Shown here: piece after piece, positions 27,853 through 32,455 of the stretch
Position numbering within the stretch: the first letter of the stretch is position 1
Layout: each line of letters starts with the position of its first letter
Sequence record: SRR31156797_5448
Direction: 5' to 3' (one strand)
Length of the DNA stretch: 32,455 nt
Notes under the pieces: model-generated
Databases searched by the model: none
What the model saw: only the letters and a program-made list of their open reading frames with translations
Told to the model about the DNA's origin: nothing
Translations under genes and position numbers: made by a program

Positions 27853-28638
27853 ATGGAAATTCTTGAAATTGTTGCACTGATCGTTGCCGGAGCGTTGGTG
27901 GGTTTTATTAATACCCTGGCTGGCGGAGGGTCTATCATTTCGCTGTCTGTACTGATGATGCTGGGATTGCCGGCCACGGTTGCCAATGGAACCAACCGTA
28001 TCGCCATAGCTGTTCAAAACATTACGGCTGTGAGCAGTTTTAAACAGCAGAAAGTGCTGGAATTCAAGAAAGGGCTGTTCCTGGCCATTCCAGCGATTTT
28101 TGGGTCTGTGATTGGCGCCTGGATTGCAGCAGATATCAATGAAGTGGTTTTTGAGAGAGCTGTGGCCGTTATTATGATCATGATGCTGATTTTTATCATT
28201 TACAAACCACAGCGTTGGATTAAGGAACGAACTGAACTCACCTCTAAAAAAATATCCATTTGGCAGGTTTTGATCTTTTTTGGGATTGGGGTTTATGGTG
28301 GTTTTATCCAGTTGGGTGTTGGATATTTTTTACTGGCGGGTATTGTGCTCGGGGCAGGCTACGAACTGGTAAAAGCCAATGCCATTAAAGTTTTAATTGT
28401 TTTGCTCTACACACCGTTTGCCCTGATGGTTTTTGTACTGAATGACCAGGTTGATTGGGCCTACGGACTGGTGATGACCATAGGCAATGTGGCCGGAGCA
28501 TTTATTGCTTCGCGCATGGCCGTGAAAAAAGGAGCCGCATTTGTGAGGTGGGTTATTATCGTTGTCATTTTGCTGACTTCGGCACACCTTTTCGGAATCA
28601 TTGATATTAAAGCTATTGTTCAATCCATAACCGTTTAG
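27853..28638 (+). CDS. Sulfite exporter TauE/SafE (TSUP) family membrane protein
   Basis: GFINTLAGGG, ANGTN, GVYGGFIQLGVG and ANAIK motifs; about 8 TM helices. Confidence 0.92.
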   Translation: MEILEIVALIVAGALVGFINTLAGGGSIISLSVLMMLGLPATVANGTNRIAIAVQNITAVSSFKQQKVLEFKKGLFLAIPAIFGSVIGAWIAADINEVVFERAVAVIMIMMLIFIIYKPQRWIKERTELTSKKISIWQVLIFFGIGVYGGFIQLGVGYFLLAGIVLGAGYELVKANAIKVLIVLLYTPFALMVFVLNDQVDWAYGLVMTIGNVAGAFIASRMAVKKGAAFVRWVIIVVILLTSAHLFGIIDIKAIVQSITV

Positions 28639-28640
28639 CT

Positions 28641-29678
28641 ATGAGAAATTTTGTATTTTTATTTCTGGTCATTGGTATACTCTCAGGTTGTTCTGACCGT
28701 CAACAGGATTCCGGTTCAACTGATCCTGAAACACCCGAATGGGCCATTGTGGTGCATGGTGGTGCGGGGTTTATGAGGACCGATGATTTTACGGATGAAA
28801 AGGAAAAAGCTTATCACGATAAACTTTTGGAGGCATTGCAGACGGGGGGTGAAATCCTGAAAAACGGCGGCAGTGCCATGGATGCTGTGGAGGCCACCAT
28901 TCGGATTATGGAAGATTCGCCGCTGTTTAATGCTGGCAAAGGTGCAGTGTTTAATGCTGATGGCCGGAACGAACTGGATGCTTCATTCATGGATGGCAGC
29001 ACCCTGAATGCCGGTGCAGTTTCAAATGTAAAGCGGATTAAAAATCCGATTACGGTAGCCAGGCTGGTGATGGAAGAATCCCCGCATGTGATGCTGATCA
29101 GCGATGGCGCCGAAAAGTTTGCACAGGAGCAAGGCGTTGAAATGGTTGATCCAGCCTATTTTTATACTGAAAACCGCTGGAAATCGTTGGAACGGGCCAA
29201 AGAACGGGAAAAGAAAAAGCTCGAAAACCAGACCAAAAAAAGCGGAACGGTTGGATGTGTGGCTTTGGATAAGAACGGCAACATTGCAGCCGGAACTTCC
29301 ACCGGCGGCATGACCAACAAAAAGTATGGCAGGGTAGGAGATTCGCCCATTATTGGAGCCGGAACCTATGCCGATAATTCCTGTTGCGGCGTTTCGGCAA
29401 CGGGACATGGTGAGTTTTTTATTCGCAATGTAGTGGCTTATGATATTGCAGCAAGGGTAAAATACAAGGGTGAAACCATCGAAGTAGCCGCTGATGAAAT
29501 CATCAACAACAAACTCAAAAACCTGAAAGCCAATGGTGGCGTGATTGTGTTGGATAAAAAAGGCAACATTGCCATGCCTTTCAATACCAGCGGGATGTTT
29601 CGGGGATTTCTTTACCCGGATAAGGAGGGGGAGACTTTTATTTTTCCTGATGCTGATAATATCTCAGATTCTGACTGA
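28641..29678 (+). CDS. iaaA: Isoaspartyl peptidase/L-asparaginase (Ntn hydrolase), lipoprotein
   Basis: VHGGAG, FNAGKG, ELDAS.MDG, GTVGCVA (Thr nucleophile), TSTGG, GRVGDSP and TGHGE; lipobox LSGC. Confidence 0.92.
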   Translation: MRNFVFLFLVIGILSGCSDRQQDSGSTDPETPEWAIVVHGGAGFMRTDDFTDEKEKAYHDKLLEALQTGGEILKNGGSAMDAVEATIRIMEDSPLFNAGKGAVFNADGRNELDASFMDGSTLNAGAVSNVKRIKNPITVARLVMEESPHVMLISDGAEKFAQEQGVEMVDPAYFYTENRWKSLERAKEREKKKLENQTKKSGTVGCVALDKNGNIAAGTSTGGMTNKKYGRVGDSPIIGAGTYADNSCCGVSATGHGEFFIRNVVAYDIAARVKYKGETIEVAADEIINNKLKNLKANGGVIVLDKKGNIAMPFNTSGMFRGFLYPDKEGETFIFPDADNISDSD

Positions 29679-29699
29679 TGAAATTTTTAATAGATGTAT

Positions 29700-29728
29700 G
29701 TAAAGACGCCAAATTTGGGCGTCTCTAT
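29700..29728. repeat. REP-like palindrome
   Basis: GTAAAGACGCC-AAATTTG-GGCGTCTCTAT, resembling GTAGAGACG...CGTCTCTAC REP elements. Confidence 0.6.
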
Positions 29729-29783
29729 GCCAAGATTCCTAATCAATAATAACATTACTTATTTTCAATAATGTAAAACATCT

Positions 29784-30494
29784 ATGATATCGCAAAAAAC
29801 TGTGATACTGATAATTTTTGTCATGGGATTAGTTGGTACTGGCTTAGGTCAACCTAATACCGACAGTCTGCAAGCATCAAGAATGATCCGTGATATTATG
29901 GAAGCACATGATTCATCTTTTATTAATGAAACCATGAAGTATGAAATTGGGAACCTGTTCAATACTTATGAAGAATTCAAATATGTTCGTTATACAAGTC
30001 ATTCACATATCTACATCCAGGTTTATCCTGCCGGCAATAACTTTGAAAAGCCAATTTTCGATGAGGTTTATCATTGGACAAATTATGTTTCGGATTCTAT
30101 TTTTGATATAAATGGTGATGAAGTATCAGACATTTCAATTAGATGGTATCCATCATCGGGATGTTGCCCTGCTAATGTTTTTGATTGTTTCATTTTTAAT
30201 CCAGATACACATAGATTTTCTGAAACAATAAAGATTCTTAATCCAACATTTTTCCCGGATTCATCAACTGTTTATAGCATGAGCTATGATCATCCTGGAG
30301 AGACAACTTTTTATAAATTGAATTGGACCAACAATGAAATTGACACTGTGAAATCATTTAAGTGGAAGGATAAAAGTCAGGAATTTGTTATAGTTACTGA
30401 TTTAATATCTGGAGTGAAGCATGAAATTGATGGAGTTCCTTACGAATTGAAAAATCTTCAGGGAATTGACTGGTTTATGATAAAACCTAACTGA
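29784..30494 (+). CDS. AT-rich secreted hypothetical protein (possible XAC2610-like beta-rich fold)
   Basis: Signal peptide, DINGDEVSD Ca-binding-like loop, GCC and NPTF; visibly lower GC than its neighbours. Confidence 0.7.
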   Translation: MISQKTVILIIFVMGLVGTGLGQPNTDSLQASRMIRDIMEAHDSSFINETMKYEIGNLFNTYEEFKYVRYTSHSHIYIQVYPAGNNFEKPIFDEVYHWTNYVSDSIFDINGDEVSDISIRWYPSSGCCPANVFDCFIFNPDTHRFSETIKILNPTFFPDSSTVYSMSYDHPGETTFYKLNWTNNEIDTVKSFKWKDKSQEFVIVTDLISGVKHEIDGVPYELKNLQGIDWFMIKPN

Positions 30495-30500
30495 TAAGGA

Positions 30501-30540
30501 ATGACTACCCATGGCAATCAATGACAACAAATGGCCATTA
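30501..30540. repeat. Degenerate 10-bp tandem repeat (x4)
   Basis: ATGACTACCC ATGGCAATCA ATGACAACAA ATGGCCATTA. Confidence 0.5.
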
Positions 30541-30578
30541 TCAAATAACCAAGTAATTTAAAAACAAACAACCTAAAA

Positions 30579-31544
30579 ATGAAAACAATCCGCTGGGGCA
30601 TCATAGGTTGTGGAAATGTTACGGAAGTAAAAAGCGGACCGGCATTCAGGCTGGCTGATAACTCGGAGCTGGTTGCCGTTATGCGCAGGGATGGGGCGAA
30701 AGCAAAGGATTATGCTCGACGGCATGATGTGAAATTTTGGTATGATGATGCCAAAGCTTTAATCGAAAATCCCGGGGTGGATGCTGTGTATGTGGCCACA
30801 CCTCCTGCTTCGCATAAGGAATATGCACTGATGATTGCGGAAGCAGGAAAACCGGCCTACATCGAAAAGCCCATGGCATTGAATTACAAGGATTGCCGTA
30901 TCATGATCGATGTCTTTAAGGCCAAAAATTTGCCCTTGTTTGTGGCTTATTACCGCAGGGCATTGCCCCGGTTTTTGAAAATGAAATCCATTATTGAATC
31001 CGGAGCATTGGGTGAAGTGCGATTTGTAAATGTGGTGATGCATAAAAAGCCAACTGAATCCGATCTGACAGGGAAAAGTAACTGGCGTGTACAGCCTGAA
31101 ATTTCAGGTGGAGGCTATTTTGTTGATTTGGGCAGCCATATGCTGGATATTCTGCAATTTTATTTTGGGGATATCATTTCGGCTGATGGCAGAGCGGTAA
31201 ACCAGGCCGGATTGTATCCTGCTGAAGATATGGTGAGTGGGCAGTATATTTTTGCTTCCGGTGTTCAGGGCACGGGTGTCTGGAACTTTTCAGCTTATAA
31301 TGACCTGGACCGTACTGAAATTGTGGGTTCCAAAGGCAAAATCACGTTTGCCACTTTTGGCAACAGCCCGGTTATCCTCGAAACCAGACCCGGAAAAGAA
31401 CTGCTTGATCTGCCTAATCCTCGTCATATCCAGCAACATCTCATCCAAACCATTGTGGACGAACTAAATGGCAAGGGGAAATGCCATAGTACGGGACTAA
31501 CCGCCTCACGCACCAATTGGGTGATGGATCGGTTGATGGGGTGA
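30579..31544 (+). CDS. Gfo/Idh/MocA family oxidoreductase
   Basis: WGIIGCG, DAVYVATPP..H, YIEKP, AYYRR and GGG.F.DLGSH.LD. Confidence 0.93.
   Translation: MKTIRWGIIGCGNVTEVKSGPAFRLADNSELVAVMRRDGAKAKDYARRHDVKFWYDDAKALIENPGVDAVYVATPPASHKEYALMIAEAGKPAYIEKPMALNYKDCRIMIDVFKAKNLPLFVAYYRRALPRFLKMKSIIESGALGEVRFVNVVMHKKPTESDLTGKSNWRVQPEISGGGYFVDLGSHMLDILQFYFGDIISADGRAVNQAGLYPAEDMVSGQYIFASGVQGTGVWNFSAYNDLDRTEIVGSKGKITFATFGNSPVILETRPGKELLDLPNPRHIQQHLIQTIVDELNGKGKCHSTGLTASRTNWVMDRLMG
31428..31544 (+). repeat. Left copy of a diverged direct repeat (3' end of the Gfo gene)
   Basis: 117 nt ungapped match to 32300-32416 with 25 mismatches by manual count. Identical 17-bp core CAACATCTCATCCAAAC at 31434-31450. 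Confidence 0.93.
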
Positions 31545-31605
31545 AATATTAAATAGCAAGATCCGTTTCTATTAAATAATTAACTTTGTGAATAGTATAT
31601 CGGAA

Positions 31606-31836
31606 ATGATGGATACATATAAATTTCATACAACAGTACTTGAAGAGGGTATCATTCAAATTCCTGATTTTGAGAATCTGGTTAAGAAGAATGTTGAAGT
31701 TACACTCGTTGTAAAGCATGATGAAGATCCAGTTAAACCTTCTTTAAGCAAGTTTCTTGCTAAATGGTCAGGAGCCTTTTCAAATTTTGATGCTGAAGAT
31801 GCACGCTATAATTATTTGATGAAAAAACATAAATGA
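31606..31836 (+). CDS. Putative antitoxin
   Basis: Small gene with an ATGA overlap onto the PIN gene. Beta-hairpin-like N-terminus and DARYNYLMKKHK end. TAACTTTG promoter element at 31581-31588 favours ATG 31606 or 31609. Confidence 0.75.
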   Translation: MMDTYKFHTTVLEEGIIQIPDFENLVKKNVEVTLVVKHDEDPVKPSLSKFLAKWSGAFSNFDAEDARYNYLMKKHK

Positions 31837-32249
31837 ATAATGCGCTCATAGATACAAATGTAGTGCTTGACCTTGCATTGGGCAGGGATAATTTCTTAGA
31901 AACAACACAAGAAGTTTTCAAAATCATTCATACTAAAAAAGTCACAGCTTTTGTTTCAGCCACCACAATTACCGATATTTACTATGTATTAAGGAAGTCT
32001 GACGGGCATTTAAAGGCCCTGAATTTCCTTTTAGATTTCCTCAACTTTGTAGAAGTTGCAGATGTAAGTAAGGAAGTTGTGTTAGATGCTCTGAAATCAA
32101 GTTTCACTGATTTTGAAGATGCCGTTCAAAATGAATGCGCCATAAAAAATGACATCGAAAATATTATTACGCGGAACAACAAAGATTTTATTGAGTCGAA
32201 ATTAAATGTTCTTACACCTGAAGATTTCGTTGAAAAATTCCGGTTATAA
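31833..32249 (+). CDS. PIN domain toxin (VapC-like)
   Basis: IDTNVVLD, SATTITDIYY, DFEDAVQ and IITRN.KDF acidic PIN motifs. Confidence 0.92.
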   Translation: MNNALIDTNVVLDLALGRDNFLETTQEVFKIIHTKKVTAFVSATTITDIYYVLRKSDGHLKALNFLLDFLNFVEVADVSKEVVLDALKSSFTDFEDAVQNECAIKNDIENIITRNNKDFIESKLNVLTPEDFVEKFRL

Positions 32250-32299
32250 TTGTTATTTTTTTTGTAAACCCACCAAAAAAGAATCACAATCTCTTATGT

Positions 32300-32416
32300 T
32301 TCCAACAACATCTCATCCAAACACTTGTAGATGAATTAAACGGAACAGGAAAGTGCCCAAGTACAGGAATTACCGCTTCCCGCACCAATTGGGCTATGGG
32401 CAGGTTGATGGGGTGA
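32300..32416 (+). pseudogene. Orphan duplicate of the last 39 codons of the Gfo oxidoreductase gene
   Basis: Reads FQQHLIQTLVDELNGTGKCPSTGITASRTNWAMGRLMG* versus IQQHLIQTIVDELNGKGKCHSTGLTASRTNWVMDRLMG* in the gene. No adjacent in-frame start codon. Confidence 0.9.
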
Positions 32417-32431
32417 ATCACCAGTTTAACC

Positions 32432-32454
32432 CGGAAAATTCATAAAATTTTCCG
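32432..32454. other. Inverted repeat (possible terminator or element end)
   Basis: CGGAAAATT-CATAA-AATTTTCCG, 15 nt after the orphan stop codon; downstream context is cut by the window edge. Confidence 0.5.
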
Positions 32455-32455
32455 C

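Noticed and set aside
31428-32416. Diversity-generating retroelement TR/VR pair
   Set aside because: The length fits, but mismatches are not adenine-specific: seven involve no A in either copy, and the rest have A in either copy. Most are synonymous, and there is no reverse transcriptase in the window.

Overview
A 32.5 kb Bacteroidota (Bacteroidales-like) chromosomal window, based on TAnnTTTG promoters, gldF/gldG and three T9SS C-terminal-domain cargo proteins. It starts with the 5' end of a GH29 alpha-L-fucosidase and a four-gene ECF sigma module: sigma, anti-sigma, a Spy/CpxP/CnrX-like protein and a T9SS-exported helical protein. Next come a metallophosphoesterase lipoprotein, a large T9SS S8 protease, a gldF-gldG-TMTC-like-DUF4340 cluster and a T9SS beta-helix protein. 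A housekeeping run follows: mdh, cobB, recX, prfB (+1 programmed frameshift, missed by the ORF track), kdsB, a SPOR protein, trmB, a DHOD-like protein, trxB and ruvB. A Flavo-1-like structured element precedes usp. The window ends with SPOR, PHP, TSUP, isoaspartyl peptidase, an AT-rich orphan, a Gfo/Idh/MocA oxidoreductase and an antitoxin-PIN pair. The most striking unannotated signal is that this TA pair sits between two diverged, in-frame, mostly synonymously substituted copies of the oxidoreductase's last 39 codons, an integrase-free unit with an 872 bp period. Family names come from motif recognition only; no database searches were run.
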